Assembly: GCA_033442325.1 (NCBI GenBank)
Contig: JAWQFM010000030.1
Coordinates: 442,561-506,560 of the forward strand
Source of the DNA: Salpingoeca rosetta
Taxonomy: Eukaryota; Protista; Choanoflagellata
Direction: 5' to 3'
DNA length: 64,000 nucleotides
A model generated the notes under the pieces. The model saw nothing but the letters and a program-made list of their open reading frames with translations, was not told the DNA's origin and did not search any database. The position numbers were made by a program, and so were the translations under genes. Each line of letters begins with the position of its first letter. Position 1 is the stretch's first letter. This document shows positions 1 to 15,535 of the stretch, piece by piece.

Positions 1-47
1 CTGTATGGAATGAGCGCCACGAGCTCATTCGGCTTCACGCACTCATC

Positions 48-78
<31 letters not shown>

Positions 79-268
79 GTGTAGCGAGCGTGAAAGGAAG
101 GTTGTGCGCTTCATGTTCAGGCACCATCAATACCACCAACGCAGTCAACACCTTCATCGCCACATCCTGCTCCCTTGCGGCTTTACCGTTGCGCCTGATC
201 TTGCCCTTGCCCGCACACGTGGGGCAGGTGTCGTGGATCTTGGGCGGCTTGTACTGTATCTGGCTCAT
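1..268 (-). CDS. TMEM106: TMEM106-family lysosomal type II membrane protein, N-terminal exons (gene continues off the left edge; true start uncertain)
   Basis: Exon ~268-187 (donor AAC G|gtaaag) splices across a CA-repeat intron to exon 46-1 (acag|ATGAG). This gives HDTCPTCAGKGKIRRNDECVKPNELVALIPYS, matching the TMEM106B signature CPTCxGxGxI...LVALIPYSDQRL. Confidence 0.82.
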
Positions 269-1426
269 CCCGGAGTCAATGTGCAGCCGTCAAAGTACAA
301 CAGAGCAACAAGCATGCAAGCAACAGCAACCGCTGTGGTTTGCTTCGTTGGAGTTGGAGCTGTGGAGGATGACGATTGCGGTGTGTAAAGTCGTCGTGTG
401 CGTTGTTTGTGTTTTTGCGTGGCTGCTGTTCCTTTCCACACCATATTTTTGTATGTCGTGTGTCGTGCTGGGTTGGAGGGATGTAATTTATCATGTCGTC
501 AACAGTTGTGCCGTGAGCAAGACACTGCGCTGCGAAACGCGCGCGCATCAAATATGAGACTGAAGCAAGCAAGCAAGCAAGCAAGAGCGCTGTTGACAAC
601 ACCATTCGCAACGGACCTGCATCTTGCTCCCAAAGTGCAAGCAAAAAAAATAATGTGACAAAAGGCAAGAAGGAAGCAAGCAACTGTTGCTGGTGGCACG
701 GCAACCAAGCAACCAAGCATGAGGCGTGGTAAAAACACACCGACAGTTAGGTTGAAAGTGTATGAACACGCAACCAACATCAACCTGTCCATGGCTGAAC
801 AGTTCAGGGAAGAGAGGAGAAGATCAACGAAGACAAGAAATTGGAAGAAGCACAGAAACACCTGGTTGCTTGAAGCTGCAAGCAGGAGACAACGGAACCC
901 GACGTTGGGGAGGGTAGTGTAACAAAGGGCAAAAGGGGCCCGCTCGTGGTTCAGCTGTTAGGGATGAATCAAGAACGAAAGAAGAAGGAAAACACGCAAA
1001 CCAAAGCGCAAAACCACAAAACGAAAAAACAGCGTGCAACATAAAGTAAGACAACAGAATGCAACGACGGACAGACAAGCAAGCGGATAACGGGGATAGG
1101 TGGTAAAACGCTGCTCAGCACGTGGCCAGCCCACGGCGTGCACGCAAGAACAATCAATAATCAGCAGGCAGCAAGCAGCAAGCAGCGGGCACAAGGGCGG
1201 GGAAGAAGATGAGATGCACTCATGTGCTTTGTAACATGACGTGATCACAAACATAATCGAATAAAGGCACGCAGGGGCCAATGGCAAAAGCAGCAGTCTG
1301 CCCAGCAGGTGCTTCTGCTTTCTTTGCCAGCCATCAAATCAAGCACACGCTGTCGCAGTGGAGTGGAGAGAGAATGAGGGGAATGGCGAATGGCGAATGG
1401 CGCATGGAGGACGATGAAAAGCACTG

Positions 1427-1635
1427 CTACCGCTGGTGAAACTGGTCCGCGCCCGTGGTGGGAGGCTGCCTCACTTCGCCTCTGTTGTACATCTGCGTCA
1501 GAGCGGTTTGGATGCCTGCAGGGCAACAAAGCAAGAAGTGAGATGTGCGTTGAGTGCGTGTGTGTGTGCAGACAAGAGGGCGGGGTGGAACAGATCAGCC
1601 GGCACGAGAGGACATGCACAAAACACACAAACACA

Positions 1636-1728
<93 letters not shown>

Positions 1729-2242
1729 GCACACACAGCGAGCGCTCACGTGACTGCACTTCGTGTGAAAACCGGGAGCAGATGGCAAGAGTGCGGCAGC
1801 GCGTGCAAATCTCATCTTGTTGGTGAAAAGTAAAGAAACACATCAGAGACAAAAAAGCAAGGCATGTCAGGGATGTCTAGTGCAGAGAGTGCGGCGTACG
1901 ACAGCGAACTTGCACAGCACAGCACACACACACACACACGCACGCACACACACACACGTACATCATAACAAGACAAGCAGCAAACACACACACTCACACA
2001 TCACAACACGGCAAAACCAGGCGTTCATGTCAACCATTGGATCGCATACTTGATGGCACAGAGGTGTGGTAGGCTGAGGGCGGACAAGCGTTGGTTCCGG
2101 ACTTGCATCCCCGTGGGATATAGTGCATCAACGCTGATTCAAGGGGGAATGTGGTGGACAACACGGCGCTGATGAGGTACTTGCATAGAACCGAATGCCC
2201 CCCCCCGCACGCACAACAAGCGGCAGTCAAACAAACAGACAG

Positions 2243-2305
<63 letters not shown>

Positions 2306-2491
2306 AACTCTGTGGGCTTACCGCGCTCGAAATCATTGACTGTGAGGTCGGAGGGAGAGGCAGGAACAACGACGTTGCCTTCACGGATGCCACGTGACCA
2401 TTTGCGAATGTCATTGTGCAAGCCGCCAAAGCACTTGTTGCAGATCCTGCAATTGTGAGCAGGGTGACAAATAATCGTGAGATGGTGCGCA

Positions 2492-2550
<59 letters not shown>

Positions 2551-3827
2551 CACACACACAAGCACACACGCACACAAGCACACAAGCACACACACACAAA
2601 CACACACACACACACACACAGACACACACAGCCGCCACAATTCGAAACCTACTTTGATGCAGAGTTTCGACCAGGACCTTCGCAGATAGGGCAGACGTGT
2701 TGAGAGGACGTGGTATCATCTGGATTGCTGCCTGCAGGCATGCGCTGCTGGTGCTGGGTGAAGAACCCAAAGCTGTTGCCGACAGGACCAGCCACGCCCA
2801 TGTCCGTCAAGGGCATGCTGGCCCCAGGCACCTGTCCATATGCACCGTGGCGCAGCGCGCTGGTGGCGTTGCCTGCATGCAACCTGGCTGCCGCCGCAGC
2901 TGCCGGTGTTGGAGCGGAGGTGTCGCCTGGTGCGGAGGTTTGCAGCATGGAAAGCAGGGCGACTGGATCAACATGCCCATTCCCGAGCATGGCTGCAGGT
3001 GGGGGCGGGGCAGTGGGTGGAGGAATCCCATTTCCTGGTTGCTGCAGTTGTGGTTGTTGCTGCAAGTGTGGTTGTTGCTGCAAGTGTGGTTGCAAGTGCT
3101 GCTGTTGCTGTTGCTGCGTCAGCTGGTGTTGCAGTTCTGCTGCCTCTGTGAGAAAAGGTCGCTTCGCTGGTGGCTCATCTTGGCCTGTGCCATCGGCGTG
3201 CACGGATGCGTCCACGCCAACGCCCGAGTCTGCACCGCCGCCGTGAAGCCGCATCTGCTCCTGCTCCTCACGCAGTTGTTGCTGCAGCAGGAGCTGCTCT
3301 TGGTTGGGCGTTGGGTTGCCTGCAGGCATGCACGACAACGTAGATGTCGAGACATACTGCATGCCCGCAGACGCAACAGACCAGCCCGAACCGGCAGGCT
3401 GACCGTGCTCCACGTGGGCATGCAGTTGCTGTTGTTGCTGTTGTTGCTGTTGTTGCTGTTGTTGCTGTTGTGTGAAATCGCCTACATGTTGCTGCTGTTG
3501 GTGGTACTGAACGTGTTCAGGTTGGCGTTGGCGGTCGTGAGCGCGGGCGCTGGGGGTTGGCATGTTGCTATCGTCGTACATTGGCTGGGACTGTGCCGTC
3601 ACCACGCCCGAGAGTGTGGACGACGTGTGGGGCGGATGTGGCGGGTGCGTGGTGCCAGGCGTGGGTGGAAGCGACCACACGTCATGCGAGGCGCGCCGAA
3701 ATGGATCCAGCACCGCTGATGGCGACAGTGGCATGCGGAACAACGACGGCGATCCAATGTCCTGGCTGAGCCATGCTGACGGGCTCCCAGGTGTCATGGG
3801 TGGCTGCGAAGGCGATGTATGGCTGGG

Positions 3828-3916
<89 letters not shown>

Positions 3917-4577
3917 CGAGGTATGAAGGCGGCTGTTGCGGCTGTGGCTGATGCCGATCCTCAAGAAACCGCAGCAGCTGCTGTACCATTGCTTCCGGCG
4001 GCTGGTCGCGCTGCTGCAGCTGTTGTTGTTGCGGCGGTGTTGGTTGTTGCTGGAATTGCACAAATGCTTGTAAAACCGCACCCGCTTCGGACAAGTAGCC
4101 GGCACCATCACCTGGTTGGGCCTGCGGCTGTTGCTGTTGCGAAAAGTGATTGAGCAGGACGCGACAGCAGTGCGGCACCATCCATGATGCAACAGTGTCG
4201 TGCAACTGACCACCGAGCCAGGCACCAAACACAGCCCTCACAGTTCGCAGATCAGCACATCCTGGGGGTGGCCCTGCGCACTGCTGCTGCTGTTGCTGCT
4301 CCTGTTGTTGCAATTGTGGTTGTTGTGGCAGTTGTTGTGGTTGCAGCTGTGGTTGTTGTGGCAGTTGTTGTTGTTGTTGTTGTGGTTGCAGCTGTGGTTG
4401 TTGTGGCAGTTGTTGTTGTTGTTGTGGCTGGTGTTGTGGCTGGTGTTGTTGCTGCCCTTCTTGTTGCTGACGTCGTTGCAGCTGCCGCTGTTGCTGTTGT
4501 TGCAGTTGTTGCTGTTGCTGTCCCTGCTCGCCCACGTTTGCGAGGTGGAACTGGTCAGGGGCGTGTCTGTCCCCCAT
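1427..4577 (-). CDS. Gln-rich putative transcription factor with C-terminal nuclear-receptor-like double zinc finger (paralog A)
   Basis: Exons 4577-2653, 2446-2322, 2133-2050, 1815-1750 and 1515-1427 are all GT-AG and frame-consistent. Spliced C-terminus: HVCPICEGPGRNSASKICNKCFGGLHNDIRKWSRG...ALMHYIPRGCKSGTNACPPSAYHTSVPSNEICTRCRTLAICSRFSHEVQSRIQTALTQMYNRGEVRQPPTTGADQFHQR*. The N-terminus is poly-Q/Pro and contains an NLS-like PPAKRP. Confidence 0.8.
3827..3916 (-). repeat. (CAA)n coding trinucleotide run (poly-Gln) in paralog A
   Basis: Near-perfect (TTG)n on the + strand, in frame as Gln on the - strand. Confidence 0.9.
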
Positions 4578-7500
4578 GTCCGTACTGAGCGCTGCGATGG
4601 AGCTGGCGATGTTCTTGGAATCCCAACGCGGCTGCGCGGCGGGCGGAGGCTCGTGAGGCCCGTGGACAGATGCTTGCTTCGAGGAGGCAGAGAAAATGGA
4701 GATCAGAAGTCACCGACGAGGGAGGGAGGTTGAAGATGTTTGTTTGGGAGGGGAGTCGGGGTTGAGAGTCTGTGCTGGTGGGACAAAGAGACGAAGCAGA
4801 GAGAGGGAAACAAGTGAGGGTCAAAACCAAAAACCAGGAGTTGGAAGGTGCAAGCAAACGGAAAATCGAAAAAGTGGAGGCGTGTGGTGTTGTTTGCCTG
4901 CACAAGAACGCACGCCCAGAGCCAAGGCTCCAATGGGTTGTTGAGGAGTCAACCACCAACAAAGGACAGGAGAAGACAAAGGAGGGAATACCTACTTGAA
5001 TGGACTTGGGCTGGAGGAACAACAGAAGCAGCAGAGACAGCAATGACAGCAGCTGCTGAGTGTCACAGCGTGCGGGGTCTTGCTACTCGCTCGGAAGAAG
5101 GGCGGGAGGGGATCACCGCCTGCACCGGCCTGGGTGTCGCGTGTCCTGTGTTCGCAACTGTTGGTTGGGGGTCCTGTGTTGGGTGGGTGCACACGCGCGG
5201 TTGCCCGTGCCTGCAGGCAAAGCGCAAAGCACGAACCAAACCAAGATTTGTGTTGGTTGGTGTGGGAGTAAGGCCAGGGAGGGAAGGGTGGAGACAATGA
5301 GAAAGGGAGTACACGCCACGCGATCGAAGCGCAACAATGGGGAGACGGTGCGTGGATGAGATGAGGCGTTTGAAACGGGTGTTTGCAGTGGAGTTTGCGA
5401 TGGCGGTGAAGAAGAAAGGGGGGGGGGGGAGGGAGGAGAGCAGTGAAGGGAAGGAAGCTGTGGAGAGTTACAGGGGCAAAAGGGAAAATGGTGCGTGATA
5501 TGCGAGAGCTAGGATAGCCGTGTGCGTGTCAGCGAGAGCCATTCATTCAAAAAGAGAGGAGGGTGTTGGCTCAAAATGCGTGGAAGATTGCGGTGAATGT
5601 CAAGGGAAACGGGTAAGGAGGGGGAAAAGATGGGGGATGAGACACGCCGTCACGCAACCAACAAAGAAACAGCTTCACTGACAAGGTGATGTGACGGCAG
5701 CAACCAAGCACGAGCACTGCAAGTGTCATGCGCCAACAATGTGCATGCAGTGCACAACGAAACAAGATGAGGCAAAGCTTGAAGAAAAGCGAGCCACACC
5801 ACACACGCACCACGCACACACACACATACACCACATGCACGTGTGCATGTGATTCAAGGGCGAGCGCTGGAAGTGAAGAGAGTCGGAGGACAAAGAGAGT
5901 GGAGGAGAGGGTGGCGAAGCCAGCCTGGAAACAAAACATTACCAACCACCTTCGGGAACGCCAAGAAGTCAAATAGAAGCACTCATCGTGGCGTGCAACA
6001 AACGAACACAAGTGGGGTGAGGTGGGGAGCAAGTCAGCCCAACACACCCAACGCACACACACACACACACACACGAATGCAGACGGTGGCAATACGTAGG
6101 CGGAGAAGCACAAAGAAGCGACGATGGAAGCCAGGACACAGAGGCTCGGCCATGACCAAGAGGATCGGTAAGTCGCGGACGAGGGACAACAGCGTTGCTC
6201 ACGCCCCATCCTGCTCGAAGCAAACTTCAAAACTCAACCGATCGCACACACACTGATACGAGTTGTTGGCGCATCGAAAGCCAAGCAACCGATCGAGCGA
6301 TCAGTGTGCGCGCAGACGCATGCACGCACACCAAAACAAAGCGGACACCACAGTGCCGACGGAGATGGAGAGGGAAAGAAAGGAGGAGAGGAGGAGAGAG
6401 AGAGAGAGAGAGCAGGGTGCACACACACGCACACATACACACACAGACACACACACACACGCACACACACACACACACGCACACACACACACACACACAC
6501 ACACGCACAAGCAGACGCATAGACGAGCACAGGACACACGCACTGTGAGGGTGCAGCTGGGATACAAAACGATTGGAGTGAATGACAGCTTACCACCAAG
6601 TGTTGCTGATTTTCAAAACAACAGTGCGTGGTGCTGTGTGAGTGTGTGTTGGCAATGGTGGTTTGCGTGCGTGTCCGGCTCAGCTGTTGATGGTGGTATC
6701 GTGGTTGTCCATAAAAAACACGAGGAAGTGCACCAGAGCAAGCACGGCAAGCACGCCAAGAAACGTGCGATGAGCGAGATGCGTGTGAGATGTGAGTGAT
6801 ATTGGGTGGGTGATCGTGAGATGAATTGTACTTGGGAAATGGATGTCACTGTCATAACACAAGATCAACAAGCACACACAAGATCAACAAACAACACACA
6901 CAAGCACACACACATAAGCCAGCGGGAGGAGGAGCACGCAAAGCATCAAAAAGGGAAGGGCACAAGCGCAGAAGGACAGAAGCAAGGGCGGCAACCACAT
7001 CTAGAACAGCAGAGACCTGCGTTTCGCTTGCGGAAAAAGTGACATGACATCAACCGACATGCAGCCCCAAGCAACAACAAGGAAGGGGAACAACAACAGC
7101 AACACATGCCTGGTTGGAGAAGGAAGCAAAAAAGCCACCGCACGAGCACGCACACACGCACGCCCATCCCCCCCCCCCCAACACGCGCGCACGATGCAAG
7201 CATCGCCCATGTTGACATGTGCAAGTCAACCATCCAACCATCCACTTCAGCACAAGGTGTCCTCCCCCAACCCATCCCTCCATCACCACCAACCGTTTGC
7301 GTTTGTGGTGCCTCAAATCTGGCTGTTGTGGCGTGGCAGTGGCTCGTGTTGTTTTGTCAGTGTTGTGGGGGTGAAGATGGAGAGACGAGGGAGAATGATG
7401 TTGCTGTTGTTCGTTGTTGTGGGTGGCTGTTGTGGTGGGTTGCTGTTGTTACCTTGTGGCTGTTGCTGTGGGTGGGTTGCCTGGGTTGTTGGCGGCGTGA

Positions 7501-8673
7501 GATGTGTGATGTGATGGCAGCAGCAGCAGCGGTTGCAAGTGCGGTTGTTGCGGAGGAAGGTCAATCGCTCCACCCCTGGCCAACCCGTTGGTCAACAACG
7601 AACGTGCGAGGTCAAGGGGTCGGTCAGACACCGGTGCTCAAACCTTTGTCTCTGACTGGGGCGAGATCTGGGCGCTGGGACAAGGTTGGTGGTGGTGTGC
7701 GCACTTTCATTAACAACAAAGGACAGGGTCAGCAGCGTGCGTGCACGAAGAAAAAAAAAGGAAGAAGCACAACAGCACAAGCAAAACAAGGCAACCAAAC
7801 GAAGGAAGGAAGTGCGCCTGGACTGAAGGTGAGCGTGGTTGCACATGCCGGAAGTGCAAGTCGGTCGCACAACAGCAACAAAAGCCAAAACCTTTGCTAC
7901 TCGGCCTCGCCATCGTGAAAGCGTGCCCCACCAGTGGGAGACGGGACAAATCCCGCACTGCGCTGGTGGCGTTGTTGCATGCAGGCAAAGCAGCCAACCC
8001 CGAAAACCACTGAAAACCAAAGAACGGCAAACGAAATTGACCCACAAACCAACCACAAGGAAGAGTGGTTGGGAAAACGTTTACGCTCAACGGAGTTACT
8101 GGCGTTCAAAAAGGAAGCGAATGGCGTGCAAGTTGCCAGCGACGTTTCATTCGGTTCATTCGCCACTCGCCTGACCCAACACGGACTGGATCTTGCGTGC
8201 GCTACACTTCCAATGACGTGATAATCGCCACGCCAAGCACGTGCTCACATTTCGATTGCCGTCATTGGTATCGCAACAACCACGCACATTCGCACTTTGC
8301 ACTTGGTTGATTGCGTTGTACATCTCCGTGCGTCATGAGATGATGAGGTGTGTTGTGTTGTTGGCTTTGGACGCGTTGCTCTGAGGTGGTTGCTTTTGGT
8401 GTTCATGAAGCAGTTGAACCACGTGTACAGGTCGTGAGGGAAGAAGCAGAACGCACGGAGAAGACTGCGGCCGTTGATGACATGAGGAGGAACGCCCAGC
8501 AAGAAAAACGCAACTGACAGGCAAAGCAACACAAGGAGGAAGAGAGAGGATGCAGTTGATACATATAGATAGCCGCAGTTGATGCAAATAATTGCAGCAC
8601 AAAGTGGTTGGTGTTGTTGCTGTGCTCGTGGCTGTGGTTGGTGTTGTTGTTGTTGCTTTCGTCGGTGTTGTTG

Positions 8674-11370
<2,697 letters not shown>

Positions 11371-11656
11371 TTGCGCACGTGTTTGTGTGTGCGTGTGTGT
11401 GTGTAAACGCGGAAGCGTTGTGCGTCAACAAAGCTGAGGCTTGCCTATGCTCGAATGCTGTACACCAACCTGCTCTCTAACCTCACCCTTCCACACTCAA
11501 GGCACTTGCAGTGTGATGCTGCGACGCTGCGACGCTGCGATGCCGAAACCAACCACCAGCCAACACAACAATCGCTCCACAACACCCCCTTCTTTTGTTT
11601 GTGTGTTGGGTGAATTGTTGGCGATTTGCGGATGATTTCATTTGGTTTTCGTCAAG
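11371..11656. promoter_or_regulatory. Putative compact bidirectional promoter (coiled-coil gene / claudin-AGTRAP gene)
   Basis: Divergent ATGs at 11370 (-) and 11657 (+), about 290 bp apart. No specific motif identified. Confidence 0.45.
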
Positions 11657-13649
11657 ATGGATGATGATGAGCAGCAGGCGCTGCTGTCGTCGCGCACCAC
11701 CACCGACGATGTCACGCTCACTGACGCCGCCGCCACACGCACTGCATTCAAGCACCAGCAGCAACAGGTGAAATGGGAGCGGGGCAGGACACTGAGATGG
11801 ATCGGGCGTGGTTTGGCGCGAGTGAATGCGCGAAAGCGTGCAAAATGGATGCTCATCATGGCGGTGGTGTGCACGGTGGTGTGCTTTGTGACGACCGCTT
11901 CCCAGCCGTGGATTGTCAAGCACTTTGACACGGGAAGCAATGCCACAGCCGACGTGAGCCATCATCGCGCCGCCCTTGGCCTGTGGCGGGTGTGCCACAC
12001 GCAGGCGCAAGCAGCCACGGGATTCTCCAAGTCCTCCTGCTTCCTGTACACGCATCACAACGCAATCCGGGAAACTGTGCACTTGAGCGTGAGCTCGCGT
12101 GTGACAACGACGATGGCAGTGGCCGGGTCCTCTTCCGTGGCGTGCTTGCTGCTCACGTTTGCATCCCTCTGCCTCAACTACCTCATCATGCGCGTGAACG
12201 CGCGCCCGCGCCCCCTCGCTCACCTCTTTCTACTCGCGACTGCATTCATCGCAGCCATCATCACTGCCGCTACCATGACGTGGCTCAAGGACCAGCGTGG
12301 CTTCAGGATCACCGCCAATGACAAGAGCAGCAAGAACGGACATGCTGGTTGGTCGCTCGCGCTGTACGCGGTCCACGTCGTGCTCCTTGCTGCTACATCC
12401 ATTGTGCTCCTCATCTCCGTTCTTGGGCGACAAGGCAGGGCCCAATACACCACCGGCACCGGCACCGACACCACTGACAGCAGCAACAACCACGCGACAC
12501 GTGCAGCGTACAGTGACGCAGATACAGCTGCGTCCACCTTGACGAGTGCACTGAGCGCCAGTGACGGTGTTGGTGGACAGGGCACGCTGCTTGTGGCGCT
12601 GCTTGACCTGTGCATTGGCGTGCACACGGTGTGTGCTGTCGCTGGTGGTGCTGGGGCCAGTGGCATGTTCGCCTACAACATCGCCCTTGCCCCCATCCTA
12701 CTGATCGCGCGCTTCCACCACACGAGCAACAACAGAAGCAACACCAGCAACACTAGCAACAGCAGTGGCAGTTGCATCAGCAGATGGATTGCGAGGAATA
12801 AGGTGTTCGTGGCAACGTGTGTGTACCTTGTTCTGAGCATGGTCGTGGACGTGGCCTTGTTTGCAGCACGCACAAAGGCGCTGCTGCAACAGGCTGCGGA
12901 TGGAACGCAACTGGTGCTTGCAGGCAACATGCTGTCCTTTCTCGTCAAGCCCTTCACGCTTGCGCTTTTCGTCCGGTGGGCAAGGAAGGGAGGTACCAAC
13001 AGCAGCAGCACCAGCAGCACCAGCAGGTACGCTGACATCAGCGGCAGTGGCATACCTGCTGGCGAGGGCGATTTGACTGTGCGTGTTCGTGCTGTGAGTC
13101 AGGGGCTGGTGTCGTCTCCAGGGCACGTTGTACTGGTGGGAGAGGAACGGTGCTCCGATAGCACAACGGCGCGTGATGCAAGTGCTGACGGGAACGCGGC
13201 TGCCGTGGTTGCAAACACTGCACGTGCTCCTGAGACCGACACACAAATACAACAACAACACCAGCAGCAGCAGCAGCAGCAGCAGCGCAGGGGGCGGAAA
13301 AAGCGGAGGAAGAAGCCATCGGCTCGAGGCCAACTTGCAGCGCTTGACGTGCCTGCAAGCACTGGGGTCATTGACGTGCTCGAGTTTGAGTCAACCACAA
13401 CGGCAGCAACAGGCACTACACCAACAGCAACATCAACAAGAGCAACCGCAGCAACGGCTGGGGCTCGGCCCAGGCATCAACACGATACAGCAGGGCAGGG
13501 AGCAGAGATCACGACGGATACTCGCACTGCATCTGGCCAAGTTGTGCCCGGAGGTGCGAACAGTGGCCGTGAGCATCAACGTGCGTGTAGAAACGAGGGT
13601 GCGAGTAGCAAGGAGACTAACGAACAAGATAGTGGTGGAAGAAGTACTG

Positions 13650-13726
<77 letters not shown>

Positions 13727-15035
13727 GGGCTGGGCGTGGATGACGATGTGCTCTTTGCCAACGCGCGCAATTTCGACGCCGTGCTGAAGAATGCTCACGC
13801 TGGTGCCACTGATGGTGATAATCATGCACGTGCCACCAGCACCGCTACTCGTGGTCGTGTCGGTGGTGCGAGGAGTGGAGATGACACACGTGCTCCAAAG
13901 CGAAGGGCGCGGCGCGCGCGTTTGGAAAGGAGGGAGCGCGAGCGGATCGAGGCAACAGACACGCTTGCACCACTTGACCTCGTGCAACTGCGCATGCACA
14001 CACGCGCGCATCCGTCAGCATCACGCCATCGGACGAGCGGTGGATGGAGAGCACAACCAGACCTGCGCGATGAACGCTCTGGCATCGTCAGTGATGACGA
14101 TGATGGTGTTGACGATGATGGTGGAGGTGCGAGGAGGAGAGGTGGGAGTTTGGATCGCAACAACGCTGCACGCGTGCGGCCAATGCAAACACACGCACCG
14201 CTGCAAGCAGGTAATCACGTTGGTGGTGTCGTTGAACACTCGAAAGCTACAGGCGGCGTTGGCGAACACGTAGGAAGACAGCGCGCTTTGAGTGACACGG
14301 CTGCCAAAAGTGAGAATGGTGATGGTGATGATGACGATGGTGGTGATGACGAGCAAGCGCGCAACAGTGCACAACAGCAGCACCAGCAACAACAACAACA
14401 ACGACGACAACAAAAACAACAACAACAACAGCAACAGCAACAGCAGCACCAGCACCAGCACCAACAACAAGGTGTTATTGGTCGCTTGTTCCGATCGCGG
14501 TCGTTCACCGCCCTTTTCCGTCGCAGCGATGACAGACACCACCAAGACAGTGGTGATGGTGGTAATGATGGTGAGAACAATGCAAGGCACGCCACCACAG
14601 GCAGCAGCAGCAGCAGGAGCAAGTATACTGACAACGATGACGTTTACAGGAGATATGATCAAGACCGCGCTCCTGCTGCTCCTGCTGCTCCTGCTGGTGT
14701 CGATGCGCGCACGTGCAATGATGTCACCGGTCGTGGACAGGCTCGCCCGGCCGTCGCACCACGAAACGCAACGACAGCAGGTGCACGTGCAACAGCCGTG
14801 GATGAGAGCACCCGTCGTGCCAGATCACGCTCGCTGCAGCACTTGTCTGCACATCATGTTTCCAACACCGATATTGGTCATGGTAGTGGGGCGGTAGTGG
14901 GGTCACACGGAGGCGACTCCTTGTTTGAGGGGAAGGAGGACTTACTCGTCACGCGAGCAAGGTCGTCATCCCTAAATTTTTCATCACCGCAACCGTCGCA
15001 CACAGCACGGCGCCTACATGCTGATCACACGAGTC

Positions 15036-15117
<82 letters not shown>

Positions 15118-15535
15118 GAAGATTCCACGGCGACATCGCCGCTCGCGTTCATCCTCGTCATTGCGCGTTACAAACACGCATGCACACCAAGATGCACCCA
15201 CCACCGACACCACCAGCACCAGCACACGTGAACACGTCGGGGTGGCCATGCCACAACCCACACCACCAGCAACTCAACGAGTTGCCGCTGCTGACAGCAA
15301 GCGTGCCAGCAGTGCCAGCGCCCGCGCACGGGTTCAGCGCAGCCGCAGCCACAGCCGCACACGCACACGCACACGCCCACGCTCACGGACAGGATCTCTT
15401 CGCCACACGGAGGCAGTGGCAACAGACGCCAGACAGCAGACAGGGAAGGGGCGGGCGTGTCCGGTGTGTGGGCGCGTGTTTGCGGATGCAATCACAGTGG
15501 AGTTGCATCGCAGGCGAGGCAGCTGTGCCGACTGA
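11657..15535 (+). CDS. Intronless ~1290-aa membrane protein: claudin/PMP22-like 4-TM domain + AGTRAP-like domain + long Q/R-rich disordered tail + C-terminal C2HC (UBZ-like) zinc finger
   Basis: Claudin-superfamily W...GLW..C...C loop (SQPW...LGLWRVC...SSC) and a TM4-like GWSLAL. The second hydrophobic block (YNIAL, LSMVVDVALF, LSFLVKPFTLALFVRWARKGG) resembles AGTRAP (...TIFLDI...LSLLLKPLSCCFVYHMYRERGG). The protein ends CPVCGRVFADAITVELHRRRGSCAD*. Confidence 0.8.

Noticed and set aside
1427-2705. Calling the zinc-finger paralogs bona fide nuclear receptors, GATA factors or LIM proteins
   Set aside because: There is no ligand-binding domain and no FFRR helix, and the spacing differs from NR. 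GATA needs a 17-20 residue spacer with its LWRR-type motif, and LIM needs a His ligand pattern not seen here. Reported only as NR-DBD-like.
2697-4733. Poly-Leu, poly-Cys and poly-Val ORFs on the + strand (similar ones at 13433-15261 and 19387-20500)
   Set aside because: Antisense or alternate-frame shadows of poly-Gln coding sequence.
5571-8221. ORFs of 100-270 aa between paralog A and the coiled-coil gene
   Set aside because: Low-complexity, no coding-type codon bias, no motifs and no consistent exon chain.
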